Positions 13,251 through 27,560 of a stretch of DNA of 64,000 nucleotides are shown one piece after another. Made by a program: the position numbers and the translations under genes. The stretch spans positions 49,042,001 through 49,106,000 of the forward strand of contig OZ024747.1 in the NCBI GenBank assembly GCA_964016885.1. Reading direction: 5' to 3'. Source of the stretch: Eledone cirrhosa (Eukaryota). A model generated the notes under the pieces. The model did no database searches and was not told the DNA's origin. It worked only from the letters and a program-made list of their open reading frames with translations. Positions within the stretch are counted from its first letter, which is position 1. Each line of letters begins with the position of its first letter.

Positions 13251-15067
13251 CCTTTACATACGTGATTTACCTAATGTAAATATGCTTAATTGTTTTGTTA
13301 ATGTAAGAAAAGTAACTCTTGATATATTTCTTAAGTCATGAATAATGGTTTTTTGATTTAGGTACAGGGCCAGCAATTTTGTGGAGAGGTGCAGTTGATT
13401 AAATGTGCACCAATACTTGGAGGGTACGGTATTATATCGAGCGTTGAATAAAATATACTTTTCCATTTAGTTCCGGCTCTGTACGTTTTGATTTCACATC
13501 CCAACTTTGCCTCTCGCTCTTTCGGAATCGCGAAAATAAAGTATCAATTAAGTACTCGGATCAATACACTCTACTCACCAAAATCCCGATCCCCCATGCC
13601 ATCTACCACTCAAAATTCCTGACATTGTGCCTAAATTGGAAACCATTAAGTAGAGGTATATCAAAGTGTATATCTTTTCATCGTCCCTTCAGTATGTAAA
13701 GTAAAAACAGTGTGGTTAATATATAATTTCTACTTTTGAAATTCAGTATTTCCTTTGAAAACAAATAACTAGCAAGTGAGTTGCAGTAGTATGAATGTAG
13801 CAATGGGAAGGATTGTATATGCCACACAGAACAATTACTGAAGATTGTTTCACTAAATAGCACAGAGATATGTAGCTTATGGCATATTTACCAGGCTACC
13901 ACTGAATGGCTTTCAATGTTTTTAATCAAGATATAGCATGCAACAGCAGACGTTAATGGTTAACAACAAACTGTAAAACATATACTGTATCGTATCAGAG
14001 GAGAAAAAAATTAAAAGTATTTTAAACAAGTGACATCTAAATATACGATAAAGCTGTAAGTTATATTGTTATTAGCCATGAGATAACAAGACTTACTGTA
14101 GCAAAAGTATCATAAACGAAAACAGTTGTAGAATACACACACACAAAAAAATAACCCCAAAAAATGATAGAATCGTAGTTATAAGGTTTTAATTAATAAT
14201 CTTAGAAAATGTGTAATTATAGATTCGTCAGGTGAAATTTTATTTTGCTTAAAATATGGCTGCGTTAATCGAAATGTTTCGTTGTTTATATTGTAATTTT
14301 TATTCGATGTTTTTATTCATTATTTGTTGAAAGTAATTTTATTTAAATTGTCTCCTTTTATCTTCTAGTAAATGTCAAGAAGAGCAACATCAGCCATCAA
14401 ATGTCAAGACAGTGATAACTACTACAGCAAGAAATAGATTTACAAACAACAACAAAAACAAAAAGCAGCTTTAAAATATAATAGTTTAGGATGATATCAT
14501 TCGACGTCTGAAACGTTAGTTTAACGCTTCTTTTCGAGTTTTTTTTTTATTTTCTCTTTGTTTTCTCTTTTGTTTTGTTTTGTTTTTGCATTTATACTTT
14601 CGTTCATGTTACTAATCCGTAATCTGTAACAGCATAAAATTATAATTCTATCAAGCTATAACAATGAATACATTACACAATGATTTCATCGGTCACTTAA
14701 CTGCTTTAGAGAACAATTGTTTCAGGTGGTAAACTTCAGCAGACAATAACTTAATGAGGCAATGGCTTCAGCTGTATAAAGCAGACGATAAAACTATTAT
14801 TCAAAATGATAGCGGCGAGAGTTAACTTGGTAGAAACAAGACTAGTTTTATCATAATACAGTTAAAACTCATTAGAACCAAAACCAAACCATAATTCAAT
14901 CAATAACTCCATGAAATAATAAATTTGGGATATAATAGATCTGGTGTTTGATGAAGAAACTTCATCTGAAGGTGATAACAACAGAAAACATTAATAAACT
15001 AACCAGCAAAAAGACTCAAGGTACAAAGTTGTTTGTTAGTCCATTTAATTTAATTTAAACTTAATGC

Positions 15068-15108
<41 letters not shown>

Positions 15109-15149
15109 ACTATATATATATATTTATATATACATACATATAAATTCAT

Positions 15150-15183
<34 letters not shown>

Positions 15184-15250
15184 TATATATTTGATATATA
15201 TTTTCCTTATCGAGCCCTCTTTGGATTTTAGTCTTCAATTTTATTATTAT

Positions 15251-15302
<52 letters not shown>

Positions 15303-16140
15303 ATAAATTAACGGAGGCATAGGCCCTCGGTATTCCCTGTAAATAATGTGCTCAAAGGAGAAGAGATGCTGAGCTCTTTAAAATACAATATGTTGAAAAG
15401 GTAACACACCAGAGAGAGATATACAGTGCGTTATCAATAATACAGGGAAAAAACCACCAGTGTATGGAATCTATAACCTATGAAAGCAGACTATAGACAC
15501 GATATTAAAAATATAAATTAAAGCGTAAATAAATACCTATATAACTTCATATAGTTATAGAGGTATTTATTATATATATATATGAAAAGGGAGTAAGATT
15601 CTATACAAAACAGAGGTTACAGAGAAAAAGCAGTACTGGAAACAGCACGGAAAATACATTTAAAGAATCCGCCCTTCCTGATTTCCTCTTTGATCCGTCA
15701 AAGTGACACTATGTAGTCTTATGGGACATATTGATGCTTCTTCAGCCATTGTAAGCAGTGAGTTTCTCTTTCCTATGTGTCGGGAAGTCACTCAGCAAGA
15801 AATGGTAATAAAACTGTTTTGTCTTTCAAGGTATAAAATCTATTTTTGTTTTTGCTGCTAATATTGATGGGGGGGGGGGTCTTTATAGTCCAATGTCTTT
15901 CATGTTATGGAGCACAACGCCGAGATCCATGTTATAACAATAAAATATTCCGTTAAGATATGTTGACGATGTTGTAGTTGTTGTTTTAAAGTTTACAATG
16001 GTTAATTAAATGGAATAAAGACTTTTGTCACTTAGGAAGAAGATATATTTTTTTTTTTTCCGTAGAGACATGTTGGAATTATATAACTATTATTATTATC
16101 ATTCGCAGCAAAGCTACAAGTTAGTTGGGTTTTACTAATA

Positions 16141-16330
16141 ATTGTTTCTACTTTTTGGCACAAGGCCAGCAATTTCCCAGTACATTACTGGTACTTTATT
16201 TTATCGACCCCGTAAGGATGAAAGGCAAAGTTAACCTCGGCGGGATTTGAACTCAGACCATAAAGGGCCGTAACTCTATGCTGCAAAGCATGGCGTCCGA
16301 CGCTCTACCGATACTGCCAATCCACTGCCC
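16141..16330 (-). mobile_element. SINE family A with 16-bp target-site duplication
   Basis: Reverse complement of family A. TSD TTGGGTTTTACTAATA at 16125-16140 and 16331-16346. Confidence 0.92.
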
Positions 16331-16415
16331 TTGGGTTTTACTAATAATAATATCGGATGGATTTACGAAAGAGCAGTTTGTTATGGTGAGTCATCACCGT
16401 TATTCTCCTCCCACT

Positions 16416-16505
<90 letters not shown>

Positions 16506-16508
16506 CAT

Positions 16509-16579
<71 letters not shown>

Positions 16580-17318
16580 ATATATAATATTTAGGTTCCG
16601 AGTGGTGTCGGGTGAGGTGGATAAACACAGTTAAAGAAGGTATTCAATACGGTGGTAGAGTATAGGCATCTTAATCTATATACAACTAAAACTCTGTGAT
16701 TGTGTGCTTGTATGTAATGTAATACAGCCAAAACCGTGCATAATGGGAAAATACTTTGAAAGGCCCTGAAATGGGAATACAAGTGGAATAAAAAATGTTT
16801 CGCGTAAATCGGAACACGAGTTCCCGAGATACGGGGCTTTTCTGGGTACCTTCATAAATAGAGAGAGAGAAAGAGATAGTGGTTGTGAGAGAGTAGACTG
16901 AAAGAGAGACATGGAGAGAGATAGAGAAGGAAAATGGAAGAGAGAGAGAGAGAGAGGGGGGGGGGGGGCAGATGGTGTTTTTGAATGAAATTATAACGGT
17001 CTAGTTTCAGACAGGAAGTGATCCCGCTTTGTTGTGAAGAGTAAGTATTTATATTTTAGCTTTCTTTAAGCAGACACTATTTTAATTATTAAGCACACAA
17101 TATCTATATATTAATTTCAACAATGTCATTATTCCGTTGTCATAATTCTCGATTATCATTGGTTCATAGGTTTCAAGGCGAAGACGTTCCACCATGAATG
17201 AAGAGGAGCTAGTGAACAACGCCAACGAAACACTGGAGCCAAGTAGCGACGGTGTGCTGCGATGGTTGAAGACGAACTGGCTGAGCATCATCTTTTATAT
17301 TAATTATCTATATCTATA

Positions 17319-20039
17319 TCTACATATAATATAAAAGATTGTAACTTCCATCATCCTTTTGAGAAACGTGGAACAACCACGTCTATGCAATGATACACGT
17401 TTTACAGTCAGGCAGAAAATGAACCATCTCCTAGAGGTCACTATTCTAGGTGGGAGCACCTAGAATTGTTCATATACTATGCACAAACGGTACAACGAAG
17501 AATCTGGTATATCTGGAAGATTTTTTTTACTGTTTTTTGTATCACACAGACACCACGGACTCGCCTCCTACTGTAACCAGACAAACATCCAATACAGTCA
17601 TTTTCTCTTTTACCTGTCTTCTCTTATCATCTGTTTACCCGGGCGAAGCTGGGTACATCAGCTAGTTTTAATTATTTTAAAATTATGTTTAAGTGAACAT
17701 GATTTTAAAAAAATACTTTTTAAGTGAATATGATTAAAAAAGATATGTTTAAGAACCTATGATTTGAAAATTACCAGTTATTTGTACAGTAAATATTTGT
17801 ATTTTAGCTTTCTTTAAGCAGACAATATTTTTATTATTTAAAAAATATTTCTAAGTGAATACGATTTAGAATGTTTTTCTTAAGGTAATACGAATGTTTT
17901 GGGGGGAGAGGGTGATTACCATCGCTAGCGCGCTTAAGGTAATACCAATTTTCTCTTAGGTGAATAAGATTTTTTCACTTCTTAGATAATGCCTCGATGA
18001 GGAAGAAAGAGAACATCTGGTTGGTCTATAGATAGTGAAAAGAGAGCGCGGCTAAGGAGAGCCGACGAATGTGAGCAGGAAAGAAGTGAACGCCAACAAA
18101 AATATCGGAACAGGCATGCGAATAGAAAGATCGTTGACACTGACGGAGGAATGGTTGCGTGATTGGCGGAACAGAGAGAAAGCGACAAAATTGGGCGAGA
18201 GCAGAAATTGGATGCTGAGAGAGCTGAGCATCTTCAGGAGAATAGAAAACGAGAACGAAGCAGGCGAGAGCAGGAATCGGATGCTGAAATAGCTGAACGT
18301 CTCTGCCAACAAACCATTAGGAATAGAGCAAGGACAGTTCAATGACGTGACCTCTCTGCTGATGATGGACATGAATAAGATCTGTGTCTGTTGTCATGCA
18401 ATGCTTTTTCTTGGTGAAACTGCTAACTTTTGCTGTGTGAATGGAAACGTCAGGCTGAGCAATCTGCAGCCTTTACCCCAGGAACTTCACAATTTATTTA
18501 GCACTAATCAACCTAGGGCGAACGAGTTCAGGAAGGACATCAGACAATACAACTGCCTGTTCCAAATGACATCTTTCGGGGCCAAAGAAGTTCGTTCCTC
18601 AAGGAGTGGATGGAATCCTATCGTTATTCAGGGTCAAATTCATCATTACATCGGTTCCAACGAACAACCCCAATTTCTTCAAATTTACTTCTTGGATCCT
18701 CAGGATATTGTTGATTTGAGGATGAAGATACTCCATAACGACGGAATTCAGCGCAACATAGTTCAATTAATGGGAGTATACTCAGAAATTATAATTCTTA
18801 CGTTGCGTCATTTCGACTGGCAAAAGAACAAATTAAAAATATTCCTGAAGCTTCGATTATTATTGATCCTGATAGGAGACCTGCAATGGAACATGAGAGA
18901 AGATTCAATGCATAAACTGCAAACGAAGTTGCCGTTATTATCCAAAACAGTACCGAATTTCAAGCAAAATCACGGCACATTGTGTTGAAAGAAAAAGGCA
19001 GACAACTGCAAATAATCTCGTCCTATAACAGTTTGCAGTATGTTCTATTTTTTCCTTTTGGCGATGACGGATGGCATCATGAGCTGTTAATGAGCAACAA
19101 CAAGTTGACGCCAATGCGCTTCTATGCCTATTGAATAATGAACCATGAGAATGAATTCAACCAATTTCCCAGAGGCGGTCGTTTATTTCAGCAATATTTG
19201 GTTGACATAGCTGCGAAGATTGAAGGAGATAGGCTGAGCTACATCCGATTGAATCAAACACTATGGCGATCTACAACATACAAGTGCCTTACTGATGCAT
19301 TCAATGATGATGACGATTTGTCGGTGGACCGAGATATATGATGGAGCGATGCCAGGATGCTGTGATGTACATACGGAAGTACGGCAATGATTCGTTCTTA
19401 ACCACAATGAGATGCAATCCAAACTGGCCCGAAATCCGGCAAAACCTATTCCTGAATCGGAAGCCGCATGACAGATTTAATTGCCAGAGTATTTGACCTG
19501 AAGCAGAAACTCTTAATGAAGTATCTTACTGGAGTAGGTGGCCTATTTGGCAAGTGCATTGCTTACGTGCTGACCGTCGAATATCAAAAGCGAGGTCTTC
19601 CTCATGTGCACTGTTTGCTATGGCTCACAGAAGCCTCCAAGCCCAGACCGCAGAAATACGATAAATTCGTTCAAGCCGAAATACCAGATCCAAACAAAGA
19701 TCCAGAGGGTCATGAATTGGTGTTGAAGCACATGATCCATGGTGTGAATTGCTCTAACAATTCGCTGTGTTGGAAAAAAGGAACGTGCAGTAAGCGGTAC
19801 CCAAGGTATTCATTGAACGTACATTGTGCGGAGAGGACTCTTATCCTGTGTACAGGAAACGGTATCCAGGAATGGGAGGATTTGAAGGGCACCAAGAAGG
19901 AAGGGGAAGCCGAAATATAATTTCGGAATGGGTAATTCCATACAATATAAAACTATTAAAACTGTTCAACTGTCATCTAAACTTATGCTCTTCTGTGAAT
20001 TCGATCAAATACGTTATCAAATATACCATGAAGGGCAGC
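17319..20039 (+). mobile_element. Helitron, 5' half (Rep/HUH region); helicase half missing
   Basis: TC-initiated AT-rich 5' end (TCTACATATAATATAAAAG, approximate) followed by the RepHel pseudogene. Confidence 0.8.
17989..20039 (+). pseudogene. Degraded Helitron RepHel: Zn-finger-like N-terminus and HUH replication initiator
   Basis: CVCCHAMLFLGE..CCVNG, IRQYNCLFQMTSFG, GRLFQQYLVD, VEYQKRGLPHVHCLLWL (HUH motif) and IKYVIKYTMKG (catalytic YxxKY). Many frameshifts and stops. Confidence 0.93.
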
Positions 20040-21890
20040 ATCCAAGTATCGATGGTCGACCCTATCGAAAGCGTGCGAATGATCTAAATTGATCAGAGCC
20101 CCGCCAAAGCCAGGTTTACACCCTACCCTCTCTATGTTGTATCGCATGAAGTGGAGGTTGTCGTGTATGGATCTGGTCGGTATTGCGCAAATTTGTGCCT
20201 CTCCTATCAAATCCTCGACGACAAGGGTCAACCTCTTCGCTAACACCTTAGCCAAAATCTTGTGTTGAGTAGAGTTATGGGCCTGAAATTATCTACAACA
20301 TCCTTCTTGTTCTCGACTTTCTTCATCAGCGTCACTACGTTTTGCTGCCAGTTGCAATAGAACATTCCGAGGAGATAGGAGAACAAGTCTGGCATATCTA
20401 CGTAAAGCTTGTAGGGCAGACCATCCAAACCGGGTGACTTGCGCCGCATGCAACCGATTAGAACATCCCGAATCTCGACTGAAGTTATCGACCATCCCCA
20501 ATCTCGACTGAAGCGCTCAGCGTCGGTCGTGGAGAAACGCGGTAGGCCATCAAAGTAGGGACTGAAATCCGCTACCATCTTCGGCTCGCCGTTCCCCCCA
20601 AACAGCCGAACAAAGTGCTGGCGAAAAGTTTCACACATCTGCCTGGAATTGTTCAGTTCGGTCCGTCAGAGACTGAATTGTGGTTTTATTACCACGCTGC
20701 GCCTCTGTCACGCGGGCCCATCAAACAGCTTTGGTTCCCTATTTTCTTAGAGCACGCACCTTAACTCTGACAATGCAAACTTTGTTTTTCGCCTTAAAGA
20801 AATAGTTTAATGTTATTCTCGCCACTAGCACGTCAGTTGCAACGCCACAACAAATTGCTTTATCTAACTTATCTACCATGTCCCCCTCCTTTCTATTTTT
20901 CTCTAACGCTACTTCTTTGTTAAAACCTATCGAAATTACTCTAATCTCTCTTTTGAGAGCCTCCCACCACCTGTTGTTGACGACCTCCCCTATCAACTTT
21001 TGCTTGACTAAATTGTTGACCCAGTCCCTGTAAGCTTTACGTGCTTCTAGAAACCAGGTCTTAACCTACGCGCCTTATCTAGGTTGACCATACAGATCAC
21101 AAACTTGTGATCTGAATCGGCGACCGTTTGAAAAATTGGACAGCCTACACTATTCCTATCTATTGTTCTAATGAAGATACTATCTATATACGATATAAAT
21201 GACCCTTTGCAGTTTATCCAAGCCCACACTGACGCATTAGGGAAATCTAGTCCGTACATGTCAGACAGTTGGAATTGGTTGATCAGGTATTTGAGGCTCT
21301 CCCCACACAATCCCAGCGTGTGTCTAAGATACCGTTTCAGACCCCCGCTACCAGTAACCGGTGAGTCCTTCCCAGAAAGGCAGCACCTTCTTCATGTCTC
21401 GGAAGATCGACCTTTACTCGAGATCCAGGCCTATCCTAAACAGTAAATAGCACTGCCACCCCACTTCCCATTCCCGGCCCACAAAGAAATGCGAAGATCT
21501 GATAGACTTCGAAAATGGGGACTAGTGCGTGCGTGTCGGAAATCCTGGTCTGGTTGACAGCAATCACATCCGTATCTAGCGACCTGAGGTCGTTGTGCAG
21601 GCTTTCAGGACGCCCCCAGACCACGAACATTTATGAATCCTACTCTTAGAATTGCCATGTTGACAGACTAAAGGAGAGAGAGAAAAGGTTTACTTATCTC
21701 TAGGGAGCTTGTGGCGGTCGGGTGGTTCGACCTCCATGGTTGGTGGGGATTCCCTTTAAAAGCCTACTCGAGGCTTTCACATTAGGAGTCTTCATGTCGT
21801 CGGGAAAGCTCTCCCTAATGGTTTTGTAAGTTTTTATTGGCATCCGCACCATGGGCAGTGTTTGGGGTATTTTGAATCGAACTCGCGGAC
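20031..21890 (-). mobile_element. Tx1/L1-like LINE fragment: possible ORF1 end, APE endonuclease and N-half of RT, degraded
   Basis: ORF2 start near 21658 (MAILRVGFINVRGL), YIDSIFI..DSDHKFV (APE), KSPGLDGLP, NFRPITLLN and AFDRVDHRYL. Confidence 0.9.
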
Positions 21891-23070
21891 AAAACCAATT
21901 TAACAATGAAAAAATATAAAAATAACAAAATAAATTTCCCAATAGGGGGTGACTCAGATAACCCACCAGTCCTGAACCACCCGACGCTTTGAGAGCACAC
22001 GGAGAGGGCACCCCTCTCCTTCTCAAATTAACCAGCCTCCAGGCGCATGGTCAGATATATATATATATTCACACGGGCCATTCTCGTCACATTCACCCAC
22101 CTTTTTAGCAAATGTACTGGGGGGAGGGGGGGGGGGCAGCACTTCTCTCTCCAACCTCACCTTCCTTTCCAAATGGAACTTGAAAAAGTTGATGAGTGAT
22201 TGGTCGAAGAGAAAAGTGTCTGTCTGCAGTCCTTTCAACCTGGTCCACCATACAACCTTTTTCGCAACTACCACCAGAGAGAGGAAAATTGCCTGCCCTT
22301 CTCAGTCAAAATAAGGCGGTGCGGTGATCTTCACTATAGACTCGGTCGATAGCCGGATCCGTTCTACACGCAACAACAACTGTTCGACATAAATCCACAA
22401 GTCAGTAATTCAGTAATGCACGGACACTGAACGAATCGTGCAGAACGGTTTCGTCGTTCTGCGCGTATCTCGGGCAGGTCCATCTGACAGCACTTCCGTG
22501 CCTGTAGAGTTTATCTCGAACTGGCAGTGCACCCCGGTAGCACTGCCAAGCAAGGCCTTTCTGGAAGTTATCCATCGTCCCCGGCTTGAAAGTTCTCCGG
22601 AACAGACTGGTAAGTTCGACTTCGTCGACGGCAGAGCCTCTCCGAGTGCGTCGTCTCACTTTGCCGCCACTAATCCTCTATAGAAGTCGAGAGTGGAAGT
22701 TCCACTGACCGCATTGCTCGTCTGGTAGAGGGTAGTGAGTGCCTGGCAACATTCCAGATGCCAGTCACCTAGTCTCGGTCTCTTCTTGACCCAGGACTGC
22801 AGCTCAGTCGAGCTGATAAACGACGACCCCGAGCAACTTTACCGGTCCGTCAGTCCAACGCCCGACGACGCTGTTGGACGGCATGGACTTGTCTTTGCAG
22901 GTGCCGAGCTGCAAGCCCACCTACTTTTCCGGGTTAAGTTTTGGTCCCGTCAACATTTCATATTCCTCCAATAAGGTGCCGACCACCTCGATATCCGAGG
23001 TGTTCGACACCATCACGGTGATGTCGTCCGCGTATGCCGACACAACCTTTCCGTGTCCCGGTAGTGTTTC
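21890..23070 (-). mobile_element. Tx1/L1-like LINE fragment: RT C-half, C-terminal zinc finger and 3' UTR
   Basis: VSAYADDITV, LAWQCYRGALPVRDKLYRHG..CPRYAQNDETVLH and VVWWTRLKG. Confidence 0.9.
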
Positions 23071-23741
23071 AGACGAAGTTAACCACTGAGGTAGGAGAAA
23101 ATATCTGTCAATACTACTATAACAAACACTGCCAGGTAGGTGGAGGGGGGGGGGGGGGCAAACAACTCGCAGAATCAATTCCTATAACGACTTTCGACAT
23201 CCAGTGGAAGTAACTTGAGATGAGGAGCGTGGGGAATGACATACACTTCTCCGGCGCTAGGGGTCATACAGGGGCCGGCTGGCATAGACACAACATTAAC
23301 TTGTTTCATAAAAAGATATTTTTTCGAGGGAATTTTTGGAAAGTTTTTTTTTTTTTCAGAAAATCTTTTAATAATTTTAAAGTTTTTTTAAGTTGTGTGA
23401 AATTGTTTAAATATTCTTATACCATCTGACGAGCTCAGACTTAAGGAATGAATAGGAAGAAAACTATCTAGCCGTCACCCTCATAAATATGTATCATGGA
23501 GATGAAAATAAACCTGAATATAACTGCTTATGGCCTTCGATCTATTTAATACTCTAAAATGGTCCGGCTTGTACCTTTTATAAACGTCGTTGAGCACTTC
23601 ATTTTATCTGCATCACAGCCGACTAAAATCGGGTTTGCACATCCCTGGTCGGATAGCCCCATATTATTATTATATTCGATAAAATAAAGTACCAGTAATG
23701 CTCTGGGTTATTGCTGGCCTTGTGCCAAAAGTAGAAACAAT

Positions 23742-23849
<108 letters not shown>

Positions 23850-23867
23850 GGGAGAGAGAGAGACCTA

Positions 23868-23898
<31 letters not shown>

Positions 23899-23901
<3 letters not shown>

Positions 23902-24612
23902 GGTGAAACTCTAGGCGTAGAGGAAGATGAACTGACCAGTCTGTTCGGTAGGACCTTCCGCTCGGGACCGATGGACAACTTCCAAAAGTCTCTGGCCTGG
24001 CAGTGCTACCGAGGAGCTCTACCAGTTCGAGACAAGCTCTACAGATATGGGCGCCCGGGCAGGGACCCTGCAAAAAAGATCTGTCCGAGGTGCGTGCGAG
24101 ACGAAGAAACCGTCGCGCACGCATTCATATACTGCCCGGGCGTCACTGCCCGGGCGTCACTGACCTGTGGGGCTATGTAGAACGACTATTGTCGCGGGTG
24201 GGACCAATCCGGTTGACCACCGAGTCCATTGTCATGATCAAACCGCCAACCTCCTTCAAAAAAGAATCAGGATGGAGAGAGAGGTGCTGTACCCCAGCAA
24301 GTTTTATGAAAGGTGGGTGAAAGTGGCGAGAATGGCCCGAATGAATGGGCCTTCTCTCTATATCAGCCTGTAGGTTGAGGAAAAGGAGGAGGAGAGGAAA
24401 GGAGTACAAACTCTTCGTACTCCTGGAGAAGAGGGTTGCACATTTTTCGGGGGTATGTGTTACCCATATGAACTGTCTCCCCTTATTGGGGAAAATCGAC
24501 TAATTTTTTTAATTGCATTTGTGATAATATTTTACAAGTTTTTATTGTATGTAAACTTCCCCCTTTGTATTTGTCCCCTTCTTTTGTGCCCCTGTGGCTA
24601 ATAAAGAAACAT
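23899..24612 (+). mobile_element. 5'-truncated Tx1/L1-like LINE inserted in (ATCT)n
   Basis: LAWQCYRGALPVRDKLYRYG..CPRCVRDEETVAHAFIYC. 3' UTR ends CCCCTGTGGCTAATAAAGAAAC. (ATCT)n on both flanks. Confidence 0.9.
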
Positions 24613-25483
24613 ATCTATCTATCTATCTATCTATCTATGGTTAGACATTCTATATCATCAGCACTAGACCGTAAACGAGCAAGAAAACATCTAACGTTTT
24701 ATATTAATTTGATATTTTGCTATCTCCTCGAGATTTCTCTTCATATTGCTTTCAACAACACATTACAGCAACGACTACAAAACCCACAAAATAAATTCAT
24801 CAGATTTATCATTGTGTCATAAGAGAAATGGTGCAGACGATAATTTCAGCAGACGATCTCGCAAAACAATAACGCTATCGGATGATAATTACATCAATGA
24901 TATTTGCACCAAACGATAAGTTCCAGCGAATGGATCTTTAGAAGATGCTGACAATAAGGAGTTTATTCATTACAAATACATAGATTGCATGTGTTTTTGT
25001 ATTTTATATTGAATTCATTTCATTTTTTTTTCCATTTCTTTTTGTCTTCCATTTTTTCTGTTCTTTCCGTGCAATTCTTTTAACTTAGTAGATTGATCTA
25101 TAGAAAATTATTGATTTATTGTCTGAACCACGTAAAGGGCTTTTGTTCGGAATATATATATGTCTTTTCATCTACTGTCCACTATACATTGTTGCTGCGT
25201 GCACCAATACAACCAACACTGCTCTTAGATTACCATTACTACATACATACTACCTACTTCCATTGCCTAGTCAAAAGAACCATACCCCACCACCAATACC
25301 ACAACTACTCTAGCAATACCATAGAAAATATCGGCTCATCACCGACTCTGTCACTACATTAGCAATATCACCAATGTTCCCTTTACACAACTAATACTAC
25401 ATATAACGACCTATACTACCACTACACTAACAATACCACACAAATACAGAAACACAGATACAGACGCACACACACAAACATAC

Positions 25484-26418
25484 GGAGGAGAAGAAGGAAG
25501 AACTCTACCGCTTACACTGAGGTCAGAGAGGATGTGCTGTTAGAGAAGATCAGAAGTGTGGCGGGAGCGGTTGACAGGTCGAGGTGTAAAGAGGGCTGGA
25601 CGATCATCAACGAGATCACAGGGAGGAAGAGAGGGAGTTCGAGTCAGATCCAGGGAACAGGGCCCGAGGATAGGAAGAGGAAATAGCTGGACCATTTTAG
25701 GACCCTACTTGGAGAGCCGCCCTCCACAGCCCAGAACACTGGGGAGATCAGGCAGCTATTTGAGGAACTGGATATTGAGACAGGACCCTTCGCCAGAGAG
25801 GAGCTTCAGAGAGCCAAGAAGATCAAGAAGGGCAAGGCTCATGGAGAAGATGGAGTGGCATCAGAGGTGATGAAGAGGTGTGATTTTGATGGTATCATCC
25901 TGGGGTTCTGTAACCAGGTCCTAGAGAAAGGAGTTGTCCCGAATCAGTGGAGGGTCAGTAACATCGTCCCAGTGCTAATGAAGAGAGAACTCTTTAACAT
26001 CAACAACTACAGGGGGATCTCACTGACGTCACTTGTGGCAAAGGCCCTCAACAGGAGGATTCTTAACAGGATCCATCCTGAGATGGAGAAGAAGCTCAGG
26101 GACAACCAGAACGGCTTCAGAGAGGGAAGATCGACCATCAGTCACATCCTGATGCTGAGGAGGATATTAGAGGGAGATAGGGCTTCCTGTTGTCATGGTT
26201 TTCATTGACTTTAGGAAGGCCTTTGATTCTGTGGACCGTCACTGCCTGATAAAGATCTTACAGGCTTATGGAATCCCCAAGAAGATAGTGGGCCTGATAT
26301 CACTACTCTACACCAACACCAGAGCCTAAGTCATTACACCTGATGGGGTGACAGAGTTCTTTGAGATACTGGCTGGAGTGTCCAGGGAGATACATTAGCT
26401 CCCTACCTTTTTATCATC
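25484..26418 (+). mobile_element. RTE/RTE-X-like LINE reverse transcriptase fragment (degraded)
   Basis: NYRGISLTSLVAKALNRRILNRI..NQNGFREGRST, FIDFRKAFDSV and GDTLAPYLFII. Confidence 0.9.
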
Positions 26419-26923
26419 CCCATACTATAGAGACACACACTAAAACATATTTCATTTCTAGGTCTTTCCAGTAAAATGTATTGATTAATGATTAGTTATA
26501 GTATAAAGATGTAAACAACAGCTTGGTAGATGTAACTTCGATTTATTTGAATGAAAGGTATGGTGAATTAACTTATTGGCTGGAAGCGAAAAGGAAAATA
26601 GTATCAGATGGTGGGTTGAAGTCAATATTCATGCACAGCTGATACCACACATTCTCAAACATCCCCTCTCTCACCACCACCACCCCCTTTCTCTCTCTCG
26701 CACAATATTACATCATTTAATTCCCCACCTCCCAGATAATTCTATGTGGCCTCGTGCTTAAATCTGAAATCGATATACACCAGCCAGTATTGCATGACAA
26801 AACTATATAAGAGACCCCCCCACACACACACACTTATATATAAATATATATACATATATATATATAGTGTATGTGTATGTACATGTATACATATAATGTA
26901 TACACACACACACATATATATAT

Positions 26924-27002
<79 letters not shown>

Positions 27003-27005
<3 letters not shown>

Positions 27006-27504
27006 TATTTGCTAAACCTTGTTTATATACTGGCTCGTTGATTTATTAACCTGCCATTGAACCACATTGGTATTTGGTTGGACAATACATGCGTCCCTTA
27101 GCGCCTTGTGCGTGAAGGAACACATAACCTATTATTACTACTCTCCTCTATTGTTGAGAGACAAATTGGGTCGTTCTGACTGCTGCTAGTGATAGTTGCG
27201 GCCGATTTGACCTACCTCCCTCTGCCTCTATCTTTACTTCGGCCCTTGAAAAAATTGATTCCACATCATTCACTCTCATCCCAGGAACAGTTTTGGATAG
27301 CGCTAGTTCGTAATTTAAATTCAAGAATTTTATATTCTTCGAATGAAAAGAACCTTCTGACGAGAATCTTTCTTTGTAACGAAGGCCGTATGGTCTCCGT
27401 TTATTTTTGGGATTCGAAACCGATCGGTAAAGGTAACTATAGTAGGTAAAGTTAATTTTTTAAAATTTATTTTGAAACTTTTTCATTATTTGCTAAACCT
27501 TGTT

Positions 27505-27511
<7 letters not shown>
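27003..27511 (+). mobile_element. Non-coding hammerhead-bearing element (Penelope pLTR/retrozyme-like) with 28-bp terminal direct repeats, in (TA)n
   Basis: CATTATTTGCTAAACCTTGTTTATATAC at 27003-27030 and 27484-27511. Hammerhead at 27352-27434. Confidence 0.8.
27352..27434 (+). ncRNA. Type I hammerhead ribozyme, intact core
   Basis: ACCTT-CTGACGA-GAATC...GATTC-GAAAC-CGATCG-GTA^AAGGT. Stem I ACCTT/AAGGT, stem II GAATC/GATTC, palindromic stem III. Confidence 0.88.
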
Positions 27512-27551
<40 letters not shown>

Positions 27552-27560
<9 letters not shown>

